This document shows positions 51,335 through 63,908 of a DNA stretch of 64,000 nt, one piece after another. The translations under genes and the position numbers were made by a program. Numbering within the stretch: position 1 is the first letter of the stretch; the number at the start of each line of letters is the position of its first letter. Source of the DNA: Callorhinchus milii (Eukaryota); assembly GCF_018977255.1 (NCBI RefSeq), contig NW_024704743.1:48424001-48488000 (forward strand), in the 5' to 3' direction. The notes beneath the pieces were generated by a model. It had not been told where the DNA came from. It did not search any database and saw nothing but the letters and a program-made list of their open reading frames with translations.

Positions 51335-51830
51335 TACACAAAATTCAGCTCATCCAAAACTCCGCTGCCCACATTCTCATCTGCATTTAACTCCACACTC
51401 CGATTACCCCAGTCCTTGCCAAACGCCACTGGCTCCCTGTCACAGAACAGATCGACTTCAAGATCCTCTCTCTAGTTTAAATCCCTCCACGCCTCGGCAC
51501 CCCCGCCCCCCCCTCCAACATCCTCTCTCCTCACAGCACTACATGCCTTCACTCTACTGGCTCCGGCCTCTTCCTTGTCCCTCGTATCCTCCGCTCCACC
51601 ATCAGCAGCCATCCTTCAGCCACTACGCCCTGAAGCTATGGGACTCCCTCAATCCTTTCGCCTTGTACCCTCTTTCCCCATTTTCAGGTGGCACCTGAAG
51701 ACCTTCCTCTTCAACTGTGCCTATGGTCACCTTCCCCCTCCCCCGGGCTTGGCATCGGGCTCCACCATTGTTAAGCGCTCTGGGACACTGCCCAGTGTGA
51801 AGGGCGCTTTATAAATGCAAGTTGTTGTTG
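51335..51830 (+). mobile_element. L2 LINE 3' part, second tail subfamily
   Basis: ctcatccaaaactccgctgccc..., cactggctccct, FSHYALKLWDSL; tail gcgctctgggacactgcccagtgtgaagggcgctttataaatgcaagttgttgttg. Confidence 0.85.
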
Positions 51831-51899
51831 TAGATAGGTAAACTTCAAGGTATGAGGGCTATGTGACATTTACTGGGAGGCATTAATCGAGCATAAATT

Positions 51900-53190
51900 A
51901 GAATAAATGGACATCCTTGTAAACATTATACAGAACATGCAAGCCAAGAACATAGCCATGTGCAGCAGGATCAAATGAAATACAAAGATTCAAAAATAGA
52001 ACAGGAAAATAAAGATGGAGATTATGAAAAAAAGGCAGATTTTTAAAAAAAACTTGCATGGAGAAAGGAGATAATGAACATTGGGATGAATGAAAAACTA
52101 TATTGAAAGAGTTAAAAACAAAGATTAGGGGAGTACTCGAAAGGACATCAGTGCAAATGTAAAACATAAAGCTGAAAAATCTTTTGGTACAATAGTAAAT
52201 GGGTAGTTAGAGAAAGAAATAAAACCCTAAGGGGATTAAAAAATATAATGAAGTGTGAATAGCGAAATATTAAACAACTACTTCTTGGAGGCTTCTAATC
52301 AGGGAAGACATAAAAAATCCAGCATCTAACATCCAGCAAATATATTTTTGAGGCTGAGACATTAGATAGGCTCAAGGGGCAGAAAGCCAACAAGACCTCC
52401 AGGTTTGATGAAATGTACTCCAGGGTATTTAGTGAGACAGGGCACTGATCAATATTATGAGGGAGTCAATCACCACCAGTGAAATTCCAACAACCTGGAA
52501 ACAAGTAAATGTTGTTGTTCAGCATCCACGGATGTACACTCCACCTCACCAAGCCAGTCAGGAACCTAGGCATCTTGTTCAACCCTCAAATGTCCTTTCT
52601 CCCCCAAGTCTGTGCTGTGACCCATTCTGCCTTCCCCCACTTCCTCAACATTGCCTGACTCCGCCACTGCCTCATTGCCTCAGGCGGTCAGGCCTGCAAG
52701 CCACCTTCTGGAACTCCATCCTACACCCTTTGCTTCGGTCCCTCCCTTGCCTCCTTCAAGGCATGCCTCAAGGCCTTCCTCTTCGACCATGCCTTTGTCC
52801 ACCATCCAATTCTCTCTGCCCTCCACCCTCCCTGATCCCCACCCGGCTCGGATCCTAACCCCTGACTGTTCAGCGCCTTGGGACGTCCTCCCGATGTAAG
52901 AGGCACTTTACAAATGTAATTTTGTATTGTATTGTTTTTGTATTCGAGACAGGTGACAGGACCAAACCTGGCAACCACAGACCCATTAATGGGCCCATCA
53001 ACTCAATAAATGGCAAGTCATTTTCAGAAAGATCAGAAGGAGAATGAAAGATAAGATTATATAAATATTTTAACAAATGTCAGACAGCCAACACAAGATC
53101 AGAAACGGTAAATCTGTCTGATCAACCTCACAGACTTTTTGAGGAGATGACATGCAAATTAACTGTAGGAGGCCTTATGACATAGTGACA
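51900..53190 (+). mobile_element. Old, highly diverged CR1 ORF2 remnant interrupted by an L2 insertion
   Basis: atattaaacaactacttc (LNNYF) and EIPTTWKQVNVV. After the L2 it resumes with aaacctggcaaccacagaccc and tctgatcaacctcacagactttttgaggag. Confidence 0.65.
52530..52935 (+). mobile_element. L2 3' fragment with internal deletion
   Basis: ttctggaactccatcc...cttcgaccatgcctttg; tail cagcgccttgggacgtcctcccgatgtaagaggcactttacaaatgtaat. Confidence 0.85.
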
Positions 53191-53194
53191 AAAA

Positions 53195-54130
53195 ATATGA
53201 CTTCTGTCTTGCCGATGTTCAGCTGTAGGAAATTTGTGCTCATTCCAGGCCTTGATGTCTGTCAAACAAGCTGACAGGTCATCAGCGGACTGGGAGTCGC
53301 AGCTGGAGGAGGACAAGTAGATTTGTGTGTCATTCGCATACATGTGGAAGTTGACCCCGTGTCTGTGGATATCGTCAAGGAGGAGCATGTAGATGAGGAA
53401 AAGAAGGAGGCCAAGGATGGATTGGGGTACCCTGCAGATGACCAGGCGGGGGCGGAAGGAAAAATCTTTTCCAAGATGTTGGCAGTTTGTTAAGTGAGAC
53501 TTGAACCATATGAGTGCAGTCTTACTAAGGTGGATGAGGGAGGAGAGGTGGTGGTGGAGGAAGGAATGGTCCAGGAGAACGAGGAGGCAGAGGGAGCCCT
53601 GGTCACAGAGAAAGAGGATATAATTTGTTACTCTGATGACCGCTGTCTCTGTGCTATGGGCAGGGCAAACACTGGACTGGAGGGGTTCGAGTAGGGAGTA
53701 CAGGGAGAGGTGTGAGCATTTGATTTGCAATGACGCATTCCAAAACTTTGTCCAGGAAGGGCAGGTTTGAGATGGGTCTGAAGTTTGTGAGGTTGGAGGG
53801 ATTGAGGGTAAGTTTTTTAAGGAACGGAGTGACAACAGCAGTTTGGAGGGGGATTAGGGCAGAGCTTGAGGAGAAGGACTGGTTGACTGTCAGTCAGCAG
53901 TGGGCAGAGGAGGGGGAGTTGAGTAATCAGATGCTGGGTAGGGAGGGGGTCAAGGCAGCAGGTGGTGGGCTTCAGCTAGGTGATGGTGGGGGAAAGGTAG
54001 GAAGAGATGGGAGCAAAGGATTGTAGGGTGGGTGCTGTGGTAGGAGGAGAGGATGTTGAAGGAGGCATAACATGGGGGAGTGGGGGGTGAAGAGGAGCAG
54101 GCAGCCGGACGGATGTTATCTATCTTAGTG
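53195..54130 (-). mobile_element. L2 LINE reverse-transcriptase region, degenerate
   Basis: ORF 53128-53835: HSTETAVIRV, LLVLLD, VPQSILGLLLFLIYML, FHMYANDTQIY (YADD-like), CLTDIKAW. Confidence 0.92.
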
Positions 54131-55824
54131 GAATCATAAGGTATCCTCAGTCAGTACCTTCAGTAAAGGAGAGGATTTGCTGGATGTTTGGGGTCTGCTG
54201 GATGTCTTGACACATGAAAAAACTCAACACCTTGCTTAACAGTATTCAAGCCAAACTACTGAGAGTTCCACTTATGTATGGAAGTTTAGGTGCAGGTTGG
54301 CAAGAGCCAGAGTGTACATTGCTAATGGTGATTTGACTACATGAATAATGTTGAACTTTGCCTGAAATGTTTGTGAAGCTCAAAAATATCTAAAGGTGAC
54401 CAGTGGAAGTTGGGTGGGGTCGCAGGTTGGTGATCCTCAGACCAAAATGTTACCAAACTCACAGGCTTCCATGAAGCCAGCTTGGCCAAATAGCAAGTGC
54501 AGCAAAAGTGCTGAAGCGATTTGTTAAATGCAAAGATTTAACCCTGCCGGTTTGCTCCTAATCATTATTAATTGCCTCCGATCGCAGACATTAATTTACC
54601 AATTGTAGCAACATGCATCTTGGGTTTGGGCATATCATAATACATCAAGTGGGACAGGTGTTATAATTCAGCTGGTCACAGCTGGAGAAAAGACAGCCAC
54701 CCACATACATGCAGCCTGCCAGCCTCAGTCACATTACAGTGACTGCTTTGGCTGCACAGGAACAAGTATCTGAAATAATAATTATTGAGCAGCAATGAGA
54801 TTGCCACCGATGCATGCTCTGTAGCGACGCTGTAAATCACTTTTATCAATGCCCGTCTAGCGGAAGTGCTTATTGGAAAATATTACGTTATCAACAGGCC
54901 AGAATAACGGCCAGCCAGTTTACGATGAAGGTATTGATCACAGACAAGATAAGCTGAATTGCCTCCTCTGGATTGTAACCTTCTGCTTGTTCTGAGATTG
55001 GCCAGGACCCATTTAAATTTTGTGTGACTCAATTATTATCTCAGGTTTCCCATGACACAACTGCTTGCTGTTCCAACCTCATTTGAGATTCTGAGCATGC
55101 TATAATTTCCTTATTCTGTGCATTTGAGGAACCAATGTGGCTTTACAAATGCTATTTTGGGATGTTATTAGTTGAGCTGAATGGCCTGTTTCCATGCTGT
55201 ATCACTATTTGCTGCTGTCATGGTGTAGGCTTAATGCTGGAATAGAAAAAACATTCTTCCCTCACACCATTCTAAATCAGTGGAGGAGTGTTCAACCACG
55301 AGAGTTTATTTTCCTACAAAATAACAGTCACTACACTTTAGAATAATCCCCTGTAAACTGCTTTGAATTATGCTTCCAATGTGAAAGACATTATATCAAA
55401 TGCAAGTATTATTATTATTCATCTTCAACTGCCAATACCACAATTCACAAACCAGAGTCCAGCACTGTGGAGCACACTTCTCAGATTTCACTATTGCAAA
55501 CTGTGTCAGTGACTGTGCCTCCAGTCCAATCAATGTGAGAAATATTCCTTGGAATTTGACCACCAATGAATCTAAAAGACATTTCATAATTCCCTTCTGT
55601 ACCTTGTTTTTAAAACAATATAAAAACTGCCTTTGAAAAGCAGGGGAACCAAACATTCTCTTTCTCAGTGTTCTTTGAGCACTGAAGCACCTTGTTGTTG
55701 AGGCTGATTTTCTTTGTGTGAGGGAATTGCAATGAACCCCAGATGTCACACCAACCTATGAAAACTCAGCTCCAACACAACACCTCATCAGAGTCCAGTT
55801 CTCATGATACTATCCATGACATTC

Positions 55825-55951
55825 CCACAAAATATCGTCCACTGAATATACAGTCAATTCACTTTACAGTATATTCTGTGGAGCACTTTGAGACATCTCG
55901 AAGACATGATACATGATAAGGTGCTATATCAATACGTAAGGATTATTATTA
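55825..55951 (+). mobile_element. SINE 3' part; another degraded tail at ~55290-55420
   Basis: atatacagtcaattcactttacagtatattctgtg...ggattattatt. Confidence 0.8.
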
Positions 55952-56803
55952 TTCCCTGATGGAGTATATACCTGAGGTATTTTTGATGGCACAAAGCATC
56001 ATGTACATTGCTGTTTTCCCAACAAGCACTTTTTAATCTATATATTCAGTTTTCTACATGGGAGAATCAGACTTTGGTCACTTTTCCAAAATCAACACTG
56101 GCCTAATCTTGCAGTCCAGACTACAACAATAACAATTAATAATAACTTGCAGTTAAGTAGCACACTTCACATGCAATAACATCTGATTGCTTTGCAATGT
56201 GGAGGCAAATACTAAATGCTGGGAGGGGAGATGACCATATGCACAATCAAAGGGGTAGTTTTAAGGTGGGACTTGGAGATAGAGAGGAATCAAAGATAAG
56301 GGTTGATGGGGGAGTTCCAGACGTTAGGGGCATAGAATTGGAAAACTCAACCACCAATAGCAAAGATTAAATGAGTGGTGGCTCCACTCTCATGAATTAA
56401 ATTTGTGCATGTTCGCAAAAGAATACAGGGGACATTCATTACTCGTGCTGTGCAGCTGTGTTCTCAGTAAGCTATCACCTATATGCACAATGGACCTTTT
56501 TGCTAGATGCACAAACATAAGTTCTTATACTTTTGTCCAGTGTAGGGTTAAATTAGAGAAAGAGATAAACATATACAGAGAGATAGAGAAAATAATAGAG
56601 GGAGTCAGATAGGAACAGAATGTCAGAGAGACTCAGGGAGAGATACAGAGAAAGACTCAAGAGAGAGAGAAGTGGAAAGAAAGGGAATTGTAGAGGCTTG
56701 TCTCAAAAAGAGTTGAGATTCCATTGCGAGAGTCAATAGGAACAGAGTGAACTAGATTAGCTTCTAAAGGAGCTGGCATATTCAGCAAGATTTTGTTTTG
56801 TAG

Positions 56804-57046
56804 CCTCCCTCCAGTCTGAAGACAGGAGCTGTGCCAGTGATTGAAGGGGTTGAACGTGAAGGAATCTCACATGTGCTTTGCAGTTTAACTTCTTGCAATG
56901 TTTCAAATGAGAAAGTACATGTTGAGCTAGGCTTACTAATAGATGGGAAAGACATCACTGAGCAGCCCAGCCACAGGGAATGCAGAGTATGCAGAGATTG
57001 TGGGCTCATCCTTCACGAAGCCCGAAAGACAAAGAGGAAGAAATGA
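56804..57046 (+). CDS. Candidate terminal coding exon (80 aa) of an unknown gene; unverified
   Basis: Acceptor ttttgttttgtag is directly followed by an open frame PPSSLKTG...CRVCRDCGLILHEARKTKRKK*. AATAAA at 57124. No recognised homology. Confidence 0.25.
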   Translation, partial: PPSSLKTGAVPVIEGVEREGISHVLCSLTSCNVSNEKVHVELGLLIDGKDITEQPSHRECRVCRDCGLILHEARKTKRKK

Positions 57047-57320
57047 CTGACACAATAACTGGATATTAAATCATATTCTTAGAAAAAATTCATGGTTTTC
57101 CAAATGAGCTTCACTTTTTTTTAAATAAACTATAACTTGATTTATTTTGTCAGTAATTATATAATGCATAAACAAAACAAACTGTCAAATAATTGTGTCT
57201 TTTTTGTACACTAGAGTTTAAATAATTTCATCAAATGTAGTGCTCTATACCTGAACTGAAATGAATTCAAAATATTTTGGGTGTGATTTTATGTTTTTTT
57301 TGTTCTGATCAATATGAATA

Positions 57321-57666
57321 TAATAATAATCCTTGCCTTTGATATAGAGCCTTATCGCTTCTTTGAAATGTCTCAAAGCGCTTCACAAAATGTACTGTAA
57401 TGTGAATAGACTGTATATTTTGAGGGCAAAATGCAGCAGCACAGCAGTGTCCTACAAACAATCGTGGATTGAGTGACCACATTTTTTTAAAGAAATTATT
57501 ATCCCCGGAAAAGCGATCCGCCAATCGACTAACGACTGGGTCCCTACTTATTGCTAGGTAAACAGAGTAAGGAGTAAACTTGCCCAACGTTTCGCCCTGC
57601 CGGTAATCAAACCTAAGTCACTACTTGCGAGACGAGTGCTCAAACTACTGAGCTACAGGACTCCAC
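57321..57666 (-). mobile_element. Full-length tRNA-derived SINE, young family
   Basis: Head gtggagtcctgtagctcagtagtttgagcactcgtctcgcaag..., gggcaagtttactccttactc, Deu-like body, (TTA)n tail. Confidence 0.92.
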
Positions 57667-57919
57667 TTTACATTAGTTTATATTTACAGTATTGTTGGCG
57701 TTTTCATGACAGGTCACTATCAGGACTCAACACAAAGAGGAAGATTTAGCACCAGCTATTCTCTTAATTGTATCATAAAACCAGCCATACAGAAATAAAA
57801 ATAATTACAAATAGCATAGACTCCTCAGAAATTGTTCCATTTAGAAAAAAAAGTCTTTTTTTAATAACAAAATGTTTTCATTGGAAAAAAAACACATTTA
57901 TAGAGTGCAGTGATTTATA

Positions 57920-58012
57920 GAGGCAGGACGAAACCTTAAGCAACTTTTCCTTACTCCACACGCTTCTGTTTACCTAGCAGCAAGTAGGAACCCAGTTGAT
58001 AGTCGATTGGCA
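57920..58012 (+). mobile_element. Internal fragment of the same SINE family
   Basis: ggcaggacgaaacctt...ccttactccacacgcttctgtttacctagca, reverse complement of 57520-57600. Confidence 0.75.
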
Positions 58013-58212
58013 GTATTGTCAAAGTTAAATTGCCTCATCCCCAGTCATTGCCTAAGTTGACATTTTCAGTTGTCAGATGTGAATCCTTTACTGTGGTGTT
58101 AAAGTTAAACTGGAATTAAACTTGCATTGGGCCACCCCAAGCAGCTGAAATGGTATGTCATCAGTAAAAACTACCAACATTATCCACATTATTAGAGAAA
58201 CTACTTTGTATC

Positions 58213-58306
58213 CAAAAACAAAAACAGAAGTCCCTGGGAACATTCAGCAGGTCAGGCAGCATCTATGGAGGAAGGAAAGTGAGTCAACATTTCGGGTCCA
58301 AGATCC
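58213..58306 (-). mobile_element. Penelope-type terminal-repeat fragment truncated inside the hammerhead motif
   Basis: Near-identical to 32430-32515; ends at tttcgggtccaagatcc and lacks CUGANGA. Confidence 0.8.
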
Positions 58307-58469
58307 TACCACTGGAGTATATCAATGACATGATAATTTCAGCAACCAGAATTCCAACCCCTTTCATGCTAATGCAGATCTTCTCCCTCTTTACAGTGAA
58401 ATTATGTTAATTGAATACTCATTTTGACAGCAAAAATTATTCAATTAACTTAATTCTTCATATAACCAG

Positions 58470-58790
58470 ACTACAACAACAACAGTGGCAGAGCCTGACT
58501 CAGAGTCGGGGTAGGGGGGAGGTAAGCACAGTCGAAAAAGAAGGTTTTCAGGTGAGACTTGAGAAAGGGGAGAGAGGGGGCAAGGTGGAGGGATTGAGGG
58601 AGAGTGTTCCAGAGTTTCAGGACGTAGTGACTAAATGCGTTTCCTCCAATGGTGGAGCAGGGGGCATGAGGGACAAGCAGGAGGCCAGAGCCAGTCAAGC
58701 GGAGGTACTACCGGGTGGTGGAGTGAGGAGGTTGGAGAGTTAGGGAGGTGCCAGAGAGTGAAGGGGACAGACTAAACACAAGAGGAGACT
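58470..58790 (-). mobile_element. L2 3' fragment
   Basis: ORF STIGGNAFSHYVLKLWNTLPQSLHLAPSLPFLKSHLKTFFF. Confidence 0.85.
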
Positions 58791-58994
58791 CACCTCCCAG
58801 AGCTCAAGCTTTGTCGCCTCCAACTGCATGGGAACCAGAAACCTCTCCATAACCAATCAGACATCTGCATACTCACAAATAACCAATCACCACCACCACT
58901 ATCAACAACAACAAATGACATTTGTATAGTGCCTTTCACGTCCTTGTGAGCGAGGCGAGGGAAGGACGAAGAAGGAAAGGATGCTGTCGACATT

Positions 58995-59180
58995 CGCACT
59001 GTATTGTAGAAGCCAGTTCTCATTCAAGAACAAATTAGATGGATTTCTATTAGGAAATAATATCCCAGGATATAGTATATAGTCTGGTAGATGACATGTC
59101 ATGCAACTGCCAGGATGGTGGAAGGCGAACTGGATGGACCTGGGTCTTCTTTCGCCTAACAAATGCTTATGTTCTTATGT
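58995..59180 (+). mobile_element. CR1-type 3' end (different subfamily), next to a minus-strand L2 tail at ~58903-58942
   Basis: ttcaagaacaaattagatggatttct...ggcgaactggatggacc...atgcttatgttcttatgt tail. Confidence 0.65.
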
Positions 59181-59679
59181 AGTGAATTGGGCTATGTGTT
59201 TATCCAGACTCAAATAATTTTTTTTATATAAATGGTAATAAGGAAATTTATTCGTTAAACCAAATCATTTGTATATCTGGTATTCAATTAAGTCATCTAT
59301 ATTCTTAAATTGGGCGTGCAAATGATTTGGGATTTCTAAATAGTGGCTACAGGACTCCAGGGTAATCTGGAGTAAGTCCCAGGCAGAGACTCAAGCCACC
59401 TCTCCACTCCTGCATCCATAGGAAGAGAGGAAATATCAGAGGAAAGGAAATAGATTTATTCATATCAGCCTATTGGTAATAAGTTACAAAGTGGAATGGA
59501 AGGAAACTTTTAAGCAGAGTTCTCTCTTCCAACAAGGGAATATCTGTGACACAAAAGATAAAATGAGAGAAGGATGTCAAAAAATAGGGATTAAAATAAA
59601 TGTCAAGTCAAAATATAGTCTTATTTTGTAACTTTAATAACTTCTTAACAAGCAGTGGCAATAAGTTTATTTATCTATC

Positions 59680-59983
59680 TAACACTGCATTTTACCATAA
59701 AATCCAGTCAATGCAGATTAGTGTAATGGCACATATCACTATACCATTTAAAATGAATGAAGATCAGTATAAGAGCACATTTTATTGTGCAATCCAATTC
59801 AATAAAAAATTGTATTAGTGCGTTTTTATTACACAATTCAAATGAAGTAAGATTAGTGTAATAGTGCATTTTACTGCACAGTCTAGTGAATGAATATTAG
59901 TATAATATTTTACAAGACAATCCAAATTAATGAAAATGAATATAATAGTATATTTTATTGTAATCTGGTGCATGGAGATTGTA
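59680..59983. repeat. Degenerate AT-rich minisatellite, ~7 units of ~44-46 bp
   Basis: Recurring unit resembling taatagtgcattttattgcacaatccaaatgaatgaagattagtg. Confidence 0.7.
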
Positions 59984-61800
59984 CAGGCTGATGATACTAA
60001 TTGGGAAGAAGAATGAAGAAGATTTTTGCGATTAGGAGGACATTAACTCGTGGCAGAGTATGTAGATAAGAGACAATGTAAAGAAACTCAAATATATTTT
60101 GAGAGGAAGGAAATATACCCTAAATGGTACATTCTCAACAGAATGAAGTAGCAAAGAGACCCAGAAGCAAATACAGAGAACTTTAAGAAGTGACAACATT
60201 ATTAGATTTAATGTAAAAAATGAAAAGGTGGGGCAAAGATTCGAGAACAAAGCTACCTGACTGGAAATCAAATTTCAAAGATATGAGAAAGAAGCTACGA
60301 CAGATAAATGGGCAGAAAGGCTGGGGGTTGCTGATGTTACAGATCTGTTTAAAGAGGGAGAATGGGATAAGATGCACAGGAGGTTTTTCAAAACATTGAG
60401 GTGCATGGTTTCAATGAAAAGGTGGCAGCATGAATAGAAAGTTGGTTAGAAGAATAGGAACCAGAGGGGGAGGAGGTTGTGGTTGTTATTTGGAATTAAA
60501 AGGTGTAAACAGTGATATCCCCAAATAGTGGTCGAGGCAGTGTATTAGCATTCAAGATGGAAATAGATATCCAAAAAGTAGTAATTTGAAGGAGTATTGG
60601 GGAAAAGGCAGGTAATTAAGACTAAATGGTTAGATTTTTTTAAAGCACAGACTTGATAAATCGAAAGTCCTTCTGTGCTATACATTTCTATGGTTCTATA
60701 GTTCCTTTGTTTTTAACATTGAGCCTATAACATGAAGATATTGCAAAGCCCTTCAAAAGTATTACTATCTAGTTTGGTATATGTATACGTATTGGGAAAA
60801 ACAGCAGCCTAAAAACACGCAGAAGGATCCCACAAACAGCCATGAGGTGAAAGGCCAATTTCTCTGGAGGCAAGGACTCAGTGGCAAGGACACCAGGAAA
60901 AACTCCCTTTTCATCTTCAATAGTATCTGTGTTCTTTAATGACCATCTGCACAGACAGACGGGACCTTAGTTTAAAGTATGAGCCAACAGATGGGAATAC
61001 AGTGGACAAAGCCAAAAAAAGAAAATCGAGTTCCAGGATTTATAGAGAGAGGCATGGAAGTAATGTTGAATTGATTAAACCACAATTGGAGTATTGCACT
61101 CCATTATAGAAAACGCATCACAGCTATGGATAGGGTAGAGAAGAGATTCACCAATATAAAAGCAGGAATGAGAAATTATAGTTATGCAGCAAATCTTGAA
61201 AAGTTGTTTTTATGGTTGTGACTGAGAAGAATAAGACGCTATCTAATGTAGCTTTGCAAAATTGTGAATGATTTTGATAGGGTAGGTAATAGATTATTTC
61301 CACTGATCAGTGAGTCAGTAAAAAGAGGACATAAATTGACGATTATAACCAATAAAAGAAGTTTGAAGGATTTTATTAGACAGGGTCATTAGAACGTGAA
61401 TGGGTGTCGAAGCTGAATTTAAAAGGGAATCAGATAAATACATAGAATAAAGTAATGTAATAAAATAAGAGCGGGACAGATTTTGAAGACAGATGGAGAT
61501 GGTGGTGGGATGGTTTAGAGGTTTCCAGAGGTTAGGGGCATAAAATCTGAAAGCTCCGCCACAAATGATGTGCAGATAGGACACTCACAAGCTGGCCAAG
61601 GAAAGGCAATGAACAGAACAGTGAAGTGGTAGGAGATTGAGAGGGGGCAACCAGTAGTATAGGAAAAGACCAGAGAGATAGGGAGGTGCTAAGATGTTAA
61701 GTGATTTATAGGTGAGGTTGAGGACTTTGAAATTGTTCAGCTGGGAGATAGTGGAGCCTGCAGGGCTTGGGGTAACGGACATGCCAAGTTTGGTTAAGGT
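59980..61800. mobile_element. Cluster of old fragments: CR1 (+, ~59980-60700 and ~60995-61450), Deu SINE (-, ~60730-60990), L2 (-, ~61475-61800)
   Basis: CR1 tail ccttctgtgctatacatttctatggttctat; cacaattggagtattg...agagattcacca; SINE cccacaaacagc...ggacaccagg; L2 FRFYAPNLWKPL and LAPPYLS. Confidence 0.65.
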
Positions 61801-63744
61801 AACAAATGATAGGTTCTCATAAAGCTCCCCTTTCCTATTATGTGACCAAATTGTATGGCAAATCATCTATAGACATGATGGTGCCTTACATCTATTAATT
61901 TAATAAAGGGTTGTAACACAAAATATAAATTGAAATGGGAAAATTCATAGAGGCATATTGTCCAATCGTTTTACTCTGAAGACCAGCCTGAGCTCATGTT
62001 CTGGCCTTTATCCAGAATATTAATTAATGCATAAAGCACTCTCATACCTGTTGATGTCACCAGATCTCCTCAGTTGTGTTGCAGTTTCTACTAATATATA
62101 TATAAAAACAGCGCAATTCATTTCATTCAATTAAATAAATCACAAGATTACTCTTTGTCAAATCCCCTATTACAGTATTCAATCACAGAAATAACAACAT
62201 AGGAAGAGGTCATTTGATCCATTGATCCCAATGTGCAAGAGCCATAAACGACGTCCATTAAACAGCCTAGAATAACCCTAGCTAGCTAATCCATTGAAGG
62301 TATCTGTTATAACAACAACAGAACAACTTGTACTCATATAGCACCCTCCACGCAGGGTAGCGTCTCAGAGCACTTGAACTCACTCATAATCTCATTCCTT
62401 GCTCATTCCTTGGGTACTCTTTTATATTCTTCCTCTTCCAAATGTTTATTCAATTGCCTTTTAAACGCTGCATAATTTGATGGTGAGAGTTTTGTATTGC
62501 GGTCCATTCCCCCTTTCACTAACAACAAACCCAGAGCTAAAACTAGTGAATAAGAAGGTATAAGAAAGCATGGAACTAGAAAAGATCACTGAGCCCATCA
62601 AGTTCACTCCTTTTACAGAGCACCCAAAATCTTCCCTAACACAGACTCCATTGATTCCCTTTGTTTTTTTCACATATATAGGTTCTACGTAAGTAATTCC
62701 TCATGACTAAAGAACTCACACAAAACCCTAGAATATTCATTCATTTCCAAATGTGTTACATAGGGCTGATATCCTGCTCTCTACAGATAACACTCCCCAA
62801 CTGATTTACCAATATATAATACACTCCTGTTAAGTCTATAATTGGTTTTCCACAATAGCTGGTCTTTAATAGATACTGAACAATGAAGTCTCAATCCAAT
62901 CTTTTAAATGAGCAATTAACTGATTAGCATTTACAAAGTTGAAAATAGGATGCTCACTAAAATATATTCTAGGCTGTTGTAATGGATGTTTATGGCTCTT
63001 ACACATTATTCTCTTCTTTTGTAATTTTAATTAAGATTTTGCTATTGATTTCACAACCCCCTCCCAATTTCTTAGAGTTTCCCTGAGGGATAACTTGAAA
63101 TATCATGAAAAACAATTGCTGTGTCAGGAAATATAACTATTGTAAAAATCAAGAGAAGATCAGTGTACAAACTGGGATCCTTAGATGAAAATCTATTTGA
63201 ATTAGAATACCCTTGTTCTTTTAACCATATGATCATTGCCTTCAGTTTGAGTTTGTCTTAGTATATCTCTCTTGGCACTGTTTTCATTAATTCTCTTAAG
63301 AAAGTATTGAACTACAGTGCATTAGCTCAAATTGCCCATTACATGCAAACACCATCCAGAGGAGCTTAGCACTGGTTTTGGTGTTATGTAGCCTGTTTTT
63401 GCTTTTTATTTGGTGATAGGATATTATACAATGCAATTTACATTTATACTTTGCCTTTCATGTTGGGAAGATGTCCTAAAGCCGGGGTGGGAGCCAAAGG
63501 GGGTAGAGAGGAAAAGGATAACTGAAAGCACTGTTGTACGTCTTGAGGTGGGACCTGAATGATGGGAATAATGAGTTATGATGATGGCAATTAAAAGCTG
63601 GGGTGACACTTTTTAAAATATGAAATTGTGGCAAAGAAATAAAATTCATTATTACATCTTATTAAAATGCTGTTCCTCTCCATTGACTGTTTTAAATATC
63701 CTTGCCTGGGACTGTCACCATTAGGGAAGCTGAGTGTTTGCATG

Positions 63745-63908
63745 ACCAGGCTTTCGGCCGTGTTGGCACACAATCGCAGAGCCTGCTGACACTTACAGTT
63801 TGTGCTCACACATGAAGAATGATCACTTGATCAAGGTACCAGAGGGTGACTGTGGAACATACCCCAACAACAGGCAGCACTTTCAATAGAGAAGGGGAAG
63901 CCATTGGA
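63745..63908 (+). mobile_element. Old SINE-like repeat, 3' half, possibly the same family as 7660-7935
   Basis: gcctgctgacact...gctcacacatgaagaatg..cacttg...aggtaccagaggg...gtggaacatacccca (family assigned from recall). Confidence 0.5.

Noticed and set aside
59680..59983. Periodic repeats as a CRISPR-like array
   Set aside because: The units are contiguous and degenerate, with no unique spacers and no cas genes, in vertebrate DNA
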